Below, one piece after another: positions 9,341 through 18,905 of a DNA stretch of 56,725 bases. The stretch is from Spirochaetales bacterium (GTDB lineage: Bacteria > Spirochaetota > Spirochaetia > SZUA-6 > DRHE01): NCBI GenBank assembly GCA_016935715.1, contig JAFGQJ010000221.1:1-56725 (forward strand). Direction: 5' to 3'. The first letter of the stretch is position 1. The number at the start of each line of letters is the position of its first letter. The notes below the pieces were generated by a model. It was not told the DNA's origin, did not search any database, and saw nothing but the letters and a program-made list of their open reading frames with translations. A program made the translations under genes and the position numbers.

Positions 9341-10630
9341 TCATACCAGCCGTTCGTAGCCGCCGGCGGGGTGAAAGATGCCCCCGCCGCTGGAGTAGAA
9401 ACCTTCATCCAGCAGGAACATCCCGCCACTCGGCTCCAGCCAGGATGCCCCGTGGCAGGGATGCTCGCGCAGCATGGCTTCCCAGTTTGCGAAGTTCTGC
9501 GGCCCATTGGACTCGAGGATGCCGCAGCTCAGCCCGGGGAAGGGGGGCAGGTGGGCGGCGACGTTTCTGTTCCAGTCCAGCAGCAGGGGCACGCAGGCCG
9601 AATCCGCCACGAACAGCGCAGCCCCCTGCCGCTGCGCTTCGGCCGCCATCAGGACAGACATGCTGAGCGTCTTGCCGGCCGGCTTGAGGGCGACGGCTCC
9701 GTAGCCCAGCTCGATCTTGCGCCGGACATCCCCGGGGTCGTGCAGAGATTCGTCCGCGGCGATGCGGACGGGTATATCGTGGACATCTATCTCCCCATCG
9801 TCGGGAAAGGGCTCTTCCAGTAGAACCACCTGTTCCAGAGCGCCCGTCTTTTCCAGCCCAGAAATCAGGGCCAGCAGGCTCTCCCTGTCCCGGTAGCGCC
9901 CGTTGGCGTCGAGGTAGTAGGCCAGCCGGCCGTTCCCGGTCTGATCGGTGCGCCGGTCCCGCAGAAGCTTGTGAATCCACTCGAGGCGCTGCAGATCCTT
10001 CTCCAGCATCTCCGACTGGCTGCCGGCCTGGCCGATCTTGATCTTCAGCAGGAAATAGCCCTCCTCGACCAGATCCAGCAGCTCCCGTTCCGGCAGATTG
10101 TAGGTCACAAGCGGAACCCGGGCCACCGCCTTCTGCCTGTGCGAAAAAACACCCCGATACTCCCGCGGGATCAAACCGGCGAACGTTCCTGCCGCCTCCC
10201 CCGCCGCGTACAGCTTCCAGAGGGCCAGGTCCAGGGATACGGCGGCGTTCAGCGTGAAGGTGGGACGCAGGCGCTCGACTCCGCTCACCCTGCAGCCGAA
10301 CTCGTGCAGCTCGGGCAGGATCGATCGGAGGGCGTCGATCGGATCCGGGTATTCTTTTCTCCTGAGGAGCTGAACGGCCCTCTCGGCCACCAGGCTCATG
10401 ATCAGGTTGCCACCGGTTTCGCTGTACGCGGCAAACACGGCCGGGTCCGACCACAGAACGGCATTGCCCCCGATGGCGGTGCAGCGGATCTCCGGCTCGG
10501 CGTGCAGGCTTGTGATGTTGATCCATTTCTCGTTGAACGACCCGCCTTTGAAGTGGAAAGGCCGACAGAAGGGCTCCCTCTGCACCGCGAAACCGTAGTC
10601 CCGGAAGGCGATCATCGCAGCGCCCGACAA
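9341..10630 (-). CDS. enolase-superfamily enzyme, MLE subgroup-like (racemase/epimerase/dehydratase; specificity unknown)
   Basis: KxK (LLKIKIG), metal ligands D (YLDANG), E (LLEEPFP) and D (AADESL), and a second catalytic K (ALKPAGK). TTG at 10630 or ATG at 10615 are possible starts. Confidence 0.82.
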   Translation of the reverse strand: MSGAAMIAFRDYGFAVQREPFCRPFHFKGGSFNEKWINITSLHAEPEIRCTAIGGNAVLWSDPAVFAAYSETGGNLIMSLVAERAVQLLRRKEYPDPIDALRSILPELHEFGCRVSGVERLRPTFTLNAAVSLDLALWKLYAAGEAAGTFAGLIPREYRGVFSHRQKAVARVPLVTYNLPERELLDLVEEGYFLLKIKIGQAGSQSEMLEKDLQRLEWIHKLLRDRRTDQTGNGRLAYYLDANGRYRDRESLLALISGLEKTGALEQVVLLEEPFPDDGEIDVHDIPVRIAADESLHDPGDVRRKIELGYGAVALKPAGKTLSMSVLMAAEAQRQGAALFVADSACVPLLLDWNRNVAAHLPPFPGLSCGILESNGPQNFANWEAMLREHPCHGASWLEPSGGMFLLDEGFYSSGGGIFHPAGGYERLV

Positions 10631-10637
10631 TATGCGC

Positions 10638-12137
10638 TCAGCCGACCCAGATCGGGCTGGACCAGGCCCACTGGTTGTTGTGCTGCCGGGCCCGCAGGAC
10701 GTACATGTCCCCGCCCTCCCGCCTGTCCCGGCCCCTGTCCTCCCAGAGAAGCCTGCAGGAGCTCTCCTCCGGCGAAACGAGTCGGTGGAGCACGAAGCTC
10801 TCCGTGGTGAAGACCCCGGTGAACTCCACGGCGTTTTCCAGGATCAGGTCGGCCACGGGCAAGACGAATCGTTTCTGCGCGGGCTGGGAGAACTCCAGGG
10901 TCAGCCTGGCTGACGGGTCCGCCTCCAGCTCCAGCACCAGGGACTTGGTCGGATCCTCGAGGTAGGCCTGCTTTCGGGAGGTGAAGGACTGCAGGTGAAG
11001 CTCCCGTTCGGAGACACGGATCAGGCGGTCCCGGAGCTCCTCGTCGAAGGGCCCTGACTGGAAGTGCTTCTCCACTGCCCTGAACGTTCCTCCTTCTATG
11101 CGGATGCTCACATCCCAGCGGCAGATCCGCTCCAGGGACAGGGCGGACCAGGGCCCCCAGCCGTACTGGAAGCGGCACCTGGCCCGGCCGGGCAGCTTCA
11201 GGGGAGAGTCGATCCGATCCTCCGGGAAGAAGCGCTGGATGGGCCTGCCGTTTCGCAGCAGCTCGATCATCTCCAGCGCATCCGGCGCTTCCACGGCGAC
11301 CTCGAAGGCCCGATCCGGTTCGTAGGCGAGCTCGCTGCCGATGGGCTGTCCGTTCAGGGTAACGGACAAACCGATGCGGTCGCCGGTGACCGCCACGGTC
11401 CTGCGGGCCCGGAGGGCCTCGAACAGGGACGCGGCGCTCAGCTCCTCTGCCCATATCCCGACCAGTCCCTCCCCGTAGGCCCCCGGATAACCGAAATGGT
11501 CGTCCGTGGAAGCGGTAAATCCGAAGCGCGTTCCCCGGGCCAGCTGGTATTCGATGGTCTGGGACACGGAGCGCCCGCCGTTGGAGTGCAGGATCATCGG
11601 GTAAGGGGCCCGATCGCTCATGGTGCAACCGTGCTCGGAAAAAATCTCGACGACCGGGCTTACCCGGGGATCGAAATGCCGCCAGTTGTATCCCCGCCAG
11701 CCGAGCTTGTAGCCCACGTGATGGGGAATGGCCAGAGCCGCCTTTTGGCGGGCAAACTCGAGCAGCTTGCCTACATGATCCGGCAGGAACAGCTCCGGCT
11801 GATCCTCCGGGAAGATCAGGCAGTAGTCGCCGTAGGCGCTGGAGTGCCATTCGTAGCCCAGCAGGGACACGAAGGTGTCGCTGCCCGCCTCCCGCATCAG
11901 TTGCCGGGTTTTCGGCCAATGCCGGGTATGGGCTTGGAAACCCTTCACCCAGTGCATGTGGCGGTCTCCCGGCATGAGCGGCATGTCGTGCCAGGATGCG
12001 TGCCCGGTGAAGGCGAAGAAATCCAGGTGCTCCCGCGCGATGTCGATCGACCGCTCCAGGGAACCCTTGGCGTAGCCCACGGCGTTGTGATTGTGCAGGT
12101 CCCCCCAGAAGAGCCTGTACTTCTTGTTCATCATCAT
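10638..12137 (-). CDS. DUF3604/PHP-like metal-dependent hydrolase (uncharacterised)
   Basis: ATGATGATG start at 12137. N-terminal GDLHNHN metal motif, further His/Asp clusters (IPHHVGY, STDDHFGYPG), and a C-terminal QWAWSSPIWV signature resembling DUF3604 proteins. Confidence 0.78.
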   Translation of the reverse strand: MMMNKKYRLFWGDLHNHNAVGYAKGSLERSIDIAREHLDFFAFTGHASWHDMPLMPGDRHMHWVKGFQAHTRHWPKTRQLMREAGSDTFVSLLGYEWHSSAYGDYCLIFPEDQPELFLPDHVGKLLEFARQKAALAIPHHVGYKLGWRGYNWRHFDPRVSPVVEIFSEHGCTMSDRAPYPMILHSNGGRSVSQTIEYQLARGTRFGFTASTDDHFGYPGAYGEGLVGIWAEELSAASLFEALRARRTVAVTGDRIGLSVTLNGQPIGSELAYEPDRAFEVAVEAPDALEMIELLRNGRPIQRFFPEDRIDSPLKLPGRARCRFQYGWGPWSALSLERICRWDVSIRIEGGTFRAVEKHFQSGPFDEELRDRLIRVSERELHLQSFTSRKQAYLEDPTKSLVLELEADPSARLTLEFSQPAQKRFVLPVADLILENAVEFTGVFTTESFVLHRLVSPEESSCRLLWEDRGRDRREGGDMYVLRARQHNNQWAWSSPIWVG

Positions 12138-12229
12138 GGTTTCATCCCTTCGACGAGATTTGCGATGCCGCAGCGCTGATGCCGTAACGGTCGGCGTGGA
12201 CAGTTGCCGCCCGGACCCTCCGTCGGATT

Positions 12230-13711
12230 TCAGCTGCTTTGGAAAAGTTCCCCCGCCTGGATCTGACGGCGGATCTCGGCGAAGCATCGCTCCCGGCCGG
12301 CATCTGAAGGATGCCGCCCTCCCCCGAAGGAGCGGATGCGGCTGTGACCGACCAGGTGAGCCGCCAGCCGGGCGCTCAGCTGCTCCCTGACATCCCGCAA
12401 TGCAGGATCCCGGAAGTGGTTTTCGACCTCCAGGGGCTGCTCCTGCAGATCGTACAGCTCCCCATCGCCGTCATCGCAGAGCACCAGCTTGTGGCGCTCC
12501 GTGCGCACCATGGCGGCTCCCAGCAGCTCGCTGAAGGCGACCTGGTAGTACGGATCCGGCTCTCCCGTTCGGGCATCGAGCAGATCCTCCGGTTCGGCGA
12601 ACAGCGGGCTGATATCCCTGCCCTGGACGTGCTGCGGCACCTCGATCCCGGCCAGGGAGAGGAAGGTGGCGTGCAGATCCAGCCAGTTCACCTGGGCGCT
12701 GCAGCGGCCGCCGGCTCGGACACCGGGGCCGGCCACGATCAACGGAACCATCAGCGCGCTTTCATAGAAGGTCGCCTTGAAAGGAAGGCCGTGATCGCCC
12801 AGATGATCCCCGTGGTCCGAAGAAAACACGATCAGGGTGGAGCCGGCCAGGCCCCGGGCTTCCAGAGCGGCCAGGATCTTCTCTATCTGCCCGTCCACCA
12901 GGCTCACCGTGGCCAGATAGTGCTCCCGGATCCTGCGGATCGCGGGTTCCGTGAGCCCGCGGTAGTCGGTGCGGTACAGGAGATTGTCGCGGAAGAAATC
13001 CAGTATTTCCGACTGGTAGGCCGGCTTGCGCTCCAGCTCTTCCCTGGAGCCCACAGCCTGCGGGATCGGGGAGCGCCGGTAAAGCCCGGCGAGCTCCTCC
13101 GGCGGATCGTAGGGATCGTGGGGACTGTTGAACGACACCCAGCAGAAGAAAGGCTCCCGGGCCTGGTTTTCCAGCCAGCTCACCGCGCTGTCACCGATGA
13201 ATGAGTCGATGTGCAGGTGCCCGGGCAGGGGGCTCACCGTCGCGCCGAGCTGCTCCAGGTACCGGGGATAGGTAGCCGGATGATCGCGGGTATATCCGTG
13301 TTTCTGCAGGAACCGGGTGTAATCATCCGGTCTGAAATAGTGTCTCTTGTCCTCCGCGCTGATGCGGAAGCGGAACCCCTCGGTGTTGTCCCACGGGTGG
13401 AAATGCATCTTTCCGATAGCCGCGGTGTTCCAGCCGGCCCGGTCGAAGGCTCTCGCGATGGTCGGGGAGTCCGGGCTGATCCAGTGGAAGTTGTTGGCCA
13501 CACCGGTAACCAGCGGATACTGGCCGAGAATGAATGACGCCCGCGCCGGCTGACAGATCGGGCAAACCGAGCTGCAGCGGTCGAACACCACCCCTTGCCT
13601 GACCAGGCGGTCCAGAGCCGGAGTCTGCATGAAATCGAGCCCGTAGCAGCCCAGAGAGTCCCGCCTCTGCTGATCCGTGGTTATGAAGAGGATATTTTTC
13701 AACCCGCTCAT
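12230..13711 (-). CDS. Cys-type sulfatase (formylglycine-dependent), no signal peptide
   Basis: NILFITTDQQR N-terminus, sulfatase signature C-Q-P-A-R-A-S-F-I-L-G (CxPxR), and a SSDHGDHLGDHG metal/active-site block. Starts directly with the catalytic domain. Confidence 0.92.
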   Translation of the reverse strand: MSGLKNILFITTDQQRRDSLGCYGLDFMQTPALDRLVRQGVVFDRCSSVCPICQPARASFILGQYPLVTGVANNFHWISPDSPTIARAFDRAGWNTAAIGKMHFHPWDNTEGFRFRISAEDKRHYFRPDDYTRFLQKHGYTRDHPATYPRYLEQLGATVSPLPGHLHIDSFIGDSAVSWLENQAREPFFCWVSFNSPHDPYDPPEELAGLYRRSPIPQAVGSREELERKPAYQSEILDFFRDNLLYRTDYRGLTEPAIRRIREHYLATVSLVDGQIEKILAALEARGLAGSTLIVFSSDHGDHLGDHGLPFKATFYESALMVPLIVAGPGVRAGGRCSAQVNWLDLHATFLSLAGIEVPQHVQGRDISPLFAEPEDLLDARTGEPDPYYQVAFSELLGAAMVRTERHKLVLCDDGDGELYDLQEQPLEVENHFRDPALRDVREQLSARLAAHLVGHSRIRSFGGGRHPSDAGRERCFAEIRRQIQAGELFQSS

Positions 13712-13721
13712 CGGCCGCCCT

Positions 13722-14672
13722 TCATCCGTTCTGATGCACGAACAGGGTATGCAGGGCCGCGGGTATCAGGACGGTTGCAACGGGGATTGCCGAGATCAGC
13801 AGGAGGTTGAGGAAATTGTTGGCGCCCAGCATGCTCCAGCCGGCGATGATCGTGGAGCCCATCCCGATCACCAGGAGGGTGGCGACCTTGGACAGGCGCT
13901 GGCGCAGGCGCATGAACAGGGCGGCGGACAGGCTCAGCAGCAGCAGTGCCAGAACCATGCCCCGGTCCCACCGGTGGACCCCCAGGCCGGCGGTGAACAG
14001 GATCTGCCCCACTCCGTCGATGGCGGAGATCCAGATTCCCAGCAGGGGCAGCGGGAGAAGCATGTAGGAAACCAGCAGCCAGTCCCTCCTGAGAATCCTG
14101 GAGACCACGGCAAGGATGATCCAGAAGGAAACCCCGTAGAGACCCAGGAACAGCAGGAGCGTCGCATGTTCGGCGGACACTCCGGAACCGACGACCATGT
14201 TGTAGATCGAGGCGTACACGAAGTTGCGGGAAAGAAACACCACGGCCAGCACCGGCGCAAAAGCGAAGCCGATCCACGGATACAGCCAATTGGGCTTTTC
14301 CCGCAGCCATCCCAGCAGGGTCACGAACAGCAGAAGGGCGAAGGAGGGAATCAGGGCCAGGGGCTGAGACCAGAGGTGGGTGGCGAACAGGGCGGCGCCC
14401 AGCAGCGCCGGTTGCACCGCCAGCAGCGCTTCCAGCCAGCTTCCCCTGCTGTGCGCCGCGTACAGCAGCCTGGCGACCCTGCGTGGCGTTCCGAAGGAGT
14501 CGATCGCCTGCCTGGCGGCATCCGGCTCGGTCAGCCCTTCGGTCTGCAGATCTTCGATCTTGTCCTGGAAATAGGTCTCCAGCTCTCCGATGACCTTTCG
14601 CTCCGTGCTCGGATCCAGGTGAAGATTCGATCTGACCTGATCGAGATACGAATCTACGGTTCCCATTTTCAA
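13722..14672 (-). CDS. membrane protein with N-terminal 'permease prefix'-like cytoplasmic helix domain (PadR-associated)
   Basis: The N-terminus YLDQVRSNLHLDPSTERKVIGELETYFQDKIEDL is typical of proteins encoded after PadR regulators. It is followed by about 6 hydrophobic helices. Confidence 0.7.
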   Translation of the reverse strand: MKMGTVDSYLDQVRSNLHLDPSTERKVIGELETYFQDKIEDLQTEGLTEPDAARQAIDSFGTPRRVARLLYAAHSRGSWLEALLAVQPALLGAALFATHLWSQPLALIPSFALLLFVTLLGWLREKPNWLYPWIGFAFAPVLAVVFLSRNFVYASIYNMVVGSGVSAEHATLLLFLGLYGVSFWIILAVVSRILRRDWLLVSYMLLPLPLLGIWISAIDGVGQILFTAGLGVHRWDRGMVLALLLLSLSAALFMRLRQRLSKVATLLVIGMGSTIIAGWSMLGANNFLNLLLISAIPVATVLIPAALHTLFVHQNG

Positions 14673-14688
14673 AACCGGCGTCCGAGGA

Positions 14689-15072
14689 TCATGAACGCTG
14701 CGGGCTGAGGATCAGGTTCATGGCGTTGGAAAATTTGAACCACATGCTGATCCGTTTGAGCAAGACCTGTTCTCCCTTCTCGGTGATCGAGTAGTAGCGC
14801 CTCTGCTGTCCATTCGGCTGAACCTGCCACTGCCCGCGGATCAGGCCGTCACTCTCCAGCTTGTGCAGGGCAGGGTATACGGTTCCCTCCCTGAATTTGA
14901 AAAACCCGTCGCTGCGCCGCTGGATCTCCTTGATCAAACGGTACCCGTGTATTCGATCGGATTCACTGATCAGGTACAGCAGCAGGGAATCCGTGTTTCC
15001 CCTGAGCAGCTCCCTGTCGTATTCCATGTGTGCGCTGCCCGCCGCTGCCTCTCCCATAGACCCGCGTTTCAT
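14689..15072 (-). CDS. PadR family transcriptional regulator
   Basis: Winged-helix pattern LLLYLISESDRIHGYRLIKEI...EGTVYPALHKLESDGLI...RRYYSITEKG. Strong SD AAGGAGGG 7 nt before the ATG at 15072. Confidence 0.9.
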   Translation of the reverse strand: MKRGSMGEAAAGSAHMEYDRELLRGNTDSLLLYLISESDRIHGYRLIKEIQRRSDGFFKFREGTVYPALHKLESDGLIRGQWQVQPNGQQRRYYSITEKGEQVLLKRISMWFKFSNAMNLILSPQRS

Positions 15073-15220
15073 TGTTCACCCTCCTTGCTCCTATTGTACA
15101 ACTATTCGACCATATCTGCAAAGACGCTGTTCAACCGCAGCGAAGTTTTAACCGGGATCGAGCTTCCAAAACCGGGAGGAATCCGCTAAGCTGGGCCCAC
15201 GAGAAACATGCGGGGGAGAC

Positions 15221-15883
15221 ATGAACAGATACTCAGCCGTTGTCTTCGATATGGATGGAACCCTTCTGGATACGCTGGAGGACCTGGGGGACTGCATGAA
15301 CCGCGTCCTGCAACGAGAGGGCTATCCCACCCACCCCGTCGATGACTACAGGTACTTCGTCGGTGACGGCATAACCAATCTGGTCGAGCGCGTGCTCCCG
15401 GAGGGCGAGCGCAGGCAGCCGACCATACAAAGGCTGCAGGAGCAGATGGCCGCGGAGTACGGCCGGCACTGGGCGGACAAGACCGATCTCTACCCGGGGA
15501 TCGCCTCCCTGCTCGACGAGCTGGTGCAAAGGCGGATCAGGCGGGCCATCCTGTCCAACAAGCCGCACGAGTTCACCGCCGTGATGGCCGGCCGCTATTT
15601 CGGAGCCTGGGGCTTCGATCCCGTGCTCGGTGCCCGGGACGGCTATGCGAAAAAACCGGACCCGGCCGCTGCGCTTGAGATCTGCAGCGGGTGGGGCCTG
15701 GGTCCGGAGGAGGTGCTGTACGCGGGGGATACCAACACGGACATGCAGACGGCCCGGCGTGCAGGGATGTTCGCCCTCGGGGTCCTGTGGGGGTTCCGCA
15801 CCAGAGAGGAGCTGGAAGACAACGGGGCCCAAGCCCTGATCCAAGACCCGCGGGAGATGCTGGATTTCCTCAGATCCCCCTGA
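15221..15883 (+). CDS. HAD-superfamily hydrolase, phosphoglycolate phosphatase-like
   Basis: Motif I VVFDMDGTLLDT, motif II LSNK, motif III/IV YAGDTNTDMQTA. Confidence 0.88.
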   Translation: MNRYSAVVFDMDGTLLDTLEDLGDCMNRVLQREGYPTHPVDDYRYFVGDGITNLVERVLPEGERRQPTIQRLQEQMAAEYGRHWADKTDLYPGIASLLDELVQRRIRRAILSNKPHEFTAVMAGRYFGAWGFDPVLGARDGYAKKPDPAAALEICSGWGLGPEEVLYAGDTNTDMQTARRAGMFALGVLWGFRTREELEDNGAQALIQDPREMLDFLRSP

Positions 15884-16583
15884 GCTCACAGCGGGGAAAC
15901 AGATCTTCGATCTGCGAATGGATCTCCCGCAGAGTTTCAACGGGAAAGGGAGTCAGACAGCGCAGCTGCGGTTCCAGAGCCCGGTCGGGAGCGAACTGCT
16001 GCAGCACGAATCGGGGATATCCCTCTAGCTGACGGGCCAGGGTTACGACCTGCTGCGGCGTGTGGATCCGGGGAACCACGGTGCAGCGAAGCTCCACCTC
16101 CACCTGGGCGCCCTTGAGAATCTGAAGCGTCCTCTTCACCTCCTCGAGCAGCTGTTCCTGTCCCTGCTGCAGGCCCGCGGCGGCGCTGTAGGCTTCCCAC
16201 TCCAGAGGAGCCTTGACATCCATGGCTATGTAATCCACCAGCTTCTCATCGAGCAGCCCCGCGATCATCTGCGGGTTGGTGCCGTTGGTCTCCACTCCCG
16301 CATGCAGGCCGAGGCTTTTTATCTCCCCCAGGAACGCGGGCAACCCCTGGTTCAAGGTGGGCTCACCCCCGGTGATCACGGCGGCCTGGTAGAGCGAACG
16401 GTTCTCCTTCACGTAGCGCAGGATGGTCGGCCCTGGAATGTCAGCGAGCTGGTGCGGATGCTCGACCAGATCCGTATTGTAGCAGAAGGGACAGCGAAAA
16501 TTGCAGCCCCCGGTAAACAAAACCGTGGCGATCCTGCCGGGGTATTCGATCAGTGAGGTTTTTTGCCAGCCTTTGAAGTTCAC
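15870..16583 (-). CDS. nrdG: anaerobic ribonucleoside-triphosphate reductase activating protein (radical SAM)
   Basis: CNFRCPFCYN radical-SAM cluster motif. Located directly downstream of nrdD. Confidence 0.92.
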   Translation of the reverse strand: MNFKGWQKTSLIEYPGRIATVLFTGGCNFRCPFCYNTDLVEHPHQLADIPGPTILRYVKENRSLYQAAVITGGEPTLNQGLPAFLGEIKSLGLHAGVETNGTNPQMIAGLLDEKLVDYIAMDVKAPLEWEAYSAAAGLQQGQEQLLEEVKRTLQILKGAQVEVELRCTVVPRIHTPQQVVTLARQLEGYPRFVLQQFAPDRALEPQLRCLTPFPVETLREIHSQIEDLFPRCELRGI

Positions 16584-16594
16584 CGCCCGGCGCT

Positions 16595-18847
16595 TCAGAG
16601 AGCCGCGGCGTTGTGGGCGTGCACCGGCTCCAGAACCCGGGGCTGTCCGTCCGCGGCTTCCGCCGGCTCGAGCCCCTCGCCCTCATCATCAGCCGGCTGC
16701 CCTTCCAGGCTCTGCGTCTGCAGCTGCCGGTCATAGGTGCGGCGGTCCCTGAACTCCACCTGTTTTCCCGGGTTCCACTGGTCCACCGGGCGCAGGTAAC
16801 CCACCGAGCGGGACCAGACCTCGCAGGTCTGGCCGCATTGCGGGCAGGTGGGCTGCTCGCCCCGGATGTAGCCGTGCTGCTCGCAGATGCTGAACGTCGG
16901 CGTGAGAGAGTAGTAGGGCAGATGAAAGTTCTCCGCGATCGTCTTGACCAGCGCCTTGGTGGCCTGGATCGAGGGCATCTTCTCTCCCAGAAAGGCATGG
17001 AGCACCGTTCCGCCGGTATAGCGGCTCTGCAGCGGGTCCTGGAGCTTGAGGGCGGTGAACACGTCGTCGGTGAAGCCGACGGGAAGCTGGGTGCTGTTGG
17101 TGTAGTAGGGCGCGCGGAAGCCCTCCCCTTTGCTCCCGGAGGCTGCGTACACGTCCTCGCTGTAGATCTTGATGTCGGGAAAAAGCTTCTTGTCGATGCG
17201 GGCCAGGCGATAACTGGCCCCTTCGGCCGGGGTGGCTTCCAGGTTGAAGATGCTGTTCGTCTCGCTCTGAAAGTCCCCGAGCTTCTTGCGCATGAAATCG
17301 AGGGCTCTCACGGCGAACTCCACCCCCTCCTCCTGAGTGAGGTCGAAACCGAGCAGGTTGTGCACCGCGTCGTTCATTCCGATGATCCCGATGGTGGAAA
17401 AGTGATTCTTCCAGTAGCTGCCGAATCCGGCTTTTATGTTGCGCAGGTAGAAGCGGCTGTAGGGATACAGGCCCCGTTCGGTGAACTTCTCCAGAACCTC
17501 CCGCTTGATGATCAGGCTCTCCCTGGCCAGCTCCATGCGGCTGCCCAGTATCTCCAGGAACTCCTGCTCCGAGTCCGCTTCATAACCGATTCTGGGCAGA
17601 TTGAGGGTCACCACCCCCACGGATCCGGTCAGCGGATTGGAGCCGAAAAGCCCGCCGCCCCGTTTTTGCAGCTCCCGCTTGTCCAGACGCAGACGGCAGC
17701 ACATGCTGCGCACGTCATCCGGGTTCAGGTCCGAGTTGACGAAATTCGAGAAATAGGGAATGCCGTACTTGGCGGTCATCTCCCAAACCGCATCCAGCTC
17801 CGCCCGCTCCCATGGGAAGTCGGGCGTGACATTGTAGGTCGGGATCGGAAAGGTGAAGGGCCTTCCGGTCGCATCCCCCCGGCTCATCGTCTCCGCAAAA
17901 GCCCGGTTGAACATATCCATCTGTTCCTGGAACTCGCCGTAGGATCTGTCCTTGACCTCTCCGGCGACCACTACGGGCTGATTTTTCAGGAAATTCGGAG
18001 CGTTGAGATCCAGGGTGATGTTGGTGAAGGGCGTCTGAAATCCCACCCGCGTGGGAACGTTCATGTTGTACAGGAATTTCTGCAGACATTGCTTCACCAC
18101 TTCGTAGTCCAGACCATCGTAGTAGATGAAGGGAGCCAGAAGCGTGTCGAAATTGGAAAAGGCCTGAGCCCCGGCCGCCTCGCCCTGGAGGGTATAGAGG
18201 AAATTGACCACCTGCATCAGGGCTACGTCGAAGTGCCGCGCGGGCCCGGATTCCACCTTTCCCCGAACCCCTCGGAATCCCTCGATGAGCAGATCCTGAA
18301 GGTCCCAGCCGACACAGTAGGGACCGAGGGTGCCGAGATCGTGGATGTGAAACTCCCCGTTGATATGGGCGTCCCGGATCTCCTTGGGATAGACGCTGTT
18401 GAGCCAGTAGTTGCAGACGACCTTCTGGGTGATATGCACGTTGAGACCCTGGAGGGAATAGGTCATGTTGCTGTTCTCCCGCACCCTCCAGTCCATCTCG
18501 TCGAGATAGTCGTCTATGATGGTGATGTCCCGCAGAAGCCTGGTTACCTCGCGGATATTCTTGTGCTGCTCCCTGTAGAGGATGTAGGCCTTGGCTACCT
18601 TGGCATGTCCGTTTTCGATGAGGATCTTCTCGACGATGTCCTGCACGTGCTCGACCGAAGGGATGCTGCCGTCCTCGTACTTGCGCCGGATCCCCTTGAC
18701 GACCTGGTCGGAGAGCTTCTGGGCTTTAGTAGCATCCCGGCCACCGACTGCCTGGACCGCTGCCCAGATCGCATTGGTGATCTTGGTCTGGTCAAAAGCG
18801 ACTACCTGTCCGTTTCTTTTGCGTATTGATTCCACTTTGCATAACAT
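16595..18847 (-). CDS. nrdD: anaerobic ribonucleoside-triphosphate reductase
   Basis: N-terminal ATP-cone (KRNGQVVAFDQTKITNAI), class III RNR core, C-terminal Zn site CPQCG and glycyl-radical motif RSVGYLRPV. Confidence 0.97.
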   Translation of the reverse strand: MLCKVESIRKRNGQVVAFDQTKITNAIWAAVQAVGGRDATKAQKLSDQVVKGIRRKYEDGSIPSVEHVQDIVEKILIENGHAKVAKAYILYREQHKNIREVTRLLRDITIIDDYLDEMDWRVRENSNMTYSLQGLNVHITQKVVCNYWLNSVYPKEIRDAHINGEFHIHDLGTLGPYCVGWDLQDLLIEGFRGVRGKVESGPARHFDVALMQVVNFLYTLQGEAAGAQAFSNFDTLLAPFIYYDGLDYEVVKQCLQKFLYNMNVPTRVGFQTPFTNITLDLNAPNFLKNQPVVVAGEVKDRSYGEFQEQMDMFNRAFAETMSRGDATGRPFTFPIPTYNVTPDFPWERAELDAVWEMTAKYGIPYFSNFVNSDLNPDDVRSMCCRLRLDKRELQKRGGGLFGSNPLTGSVGVVTLNLPRIGYEADSEQEFLEILGSRMELARESLIIKREVLEKFTERGLYPYSRFYLRNIKAGFGSYWKNHFSTIGIIGMNDAVHNLLGFDLTQEEGVEFAVRALDFMRKKLGDFQSETNSIFNLEATPAEGASYRLARIDKKLFPDIKIYSEDVYAASGSKGEGFRAPYYTNSTQLPVGFTDDVFTALKLQDPLQSRYTGGTVLHAFLGEKMPSIQATKALVKTIAENFHLPYYSLTPTFSICEQHGYIRGEQPTCPQCGQTCEVWSRSVGYLRPVDQWNPGKQVEFRDRRTYDRQLQTQSLEGQPADDEGEGLEPAEAADGQPRVLEPVHAHNAAAL

Positions 18848-18905
18848 AGTTCCCCTCCCAGTCTGAGTAGATCAAAGTTGAAGTTGCTGTTCCGTCAGAA
18901 GCTCT

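Noticed and set aside
15094-15101. TTGTACAA palindrome 22 nt upstream of the PadR start, considered as an operator.
   Set aside because: Only 8 bp, with no extended symmetry. It could easily occur by chance in an intergenic region and is not supportable as a feature without binding data.
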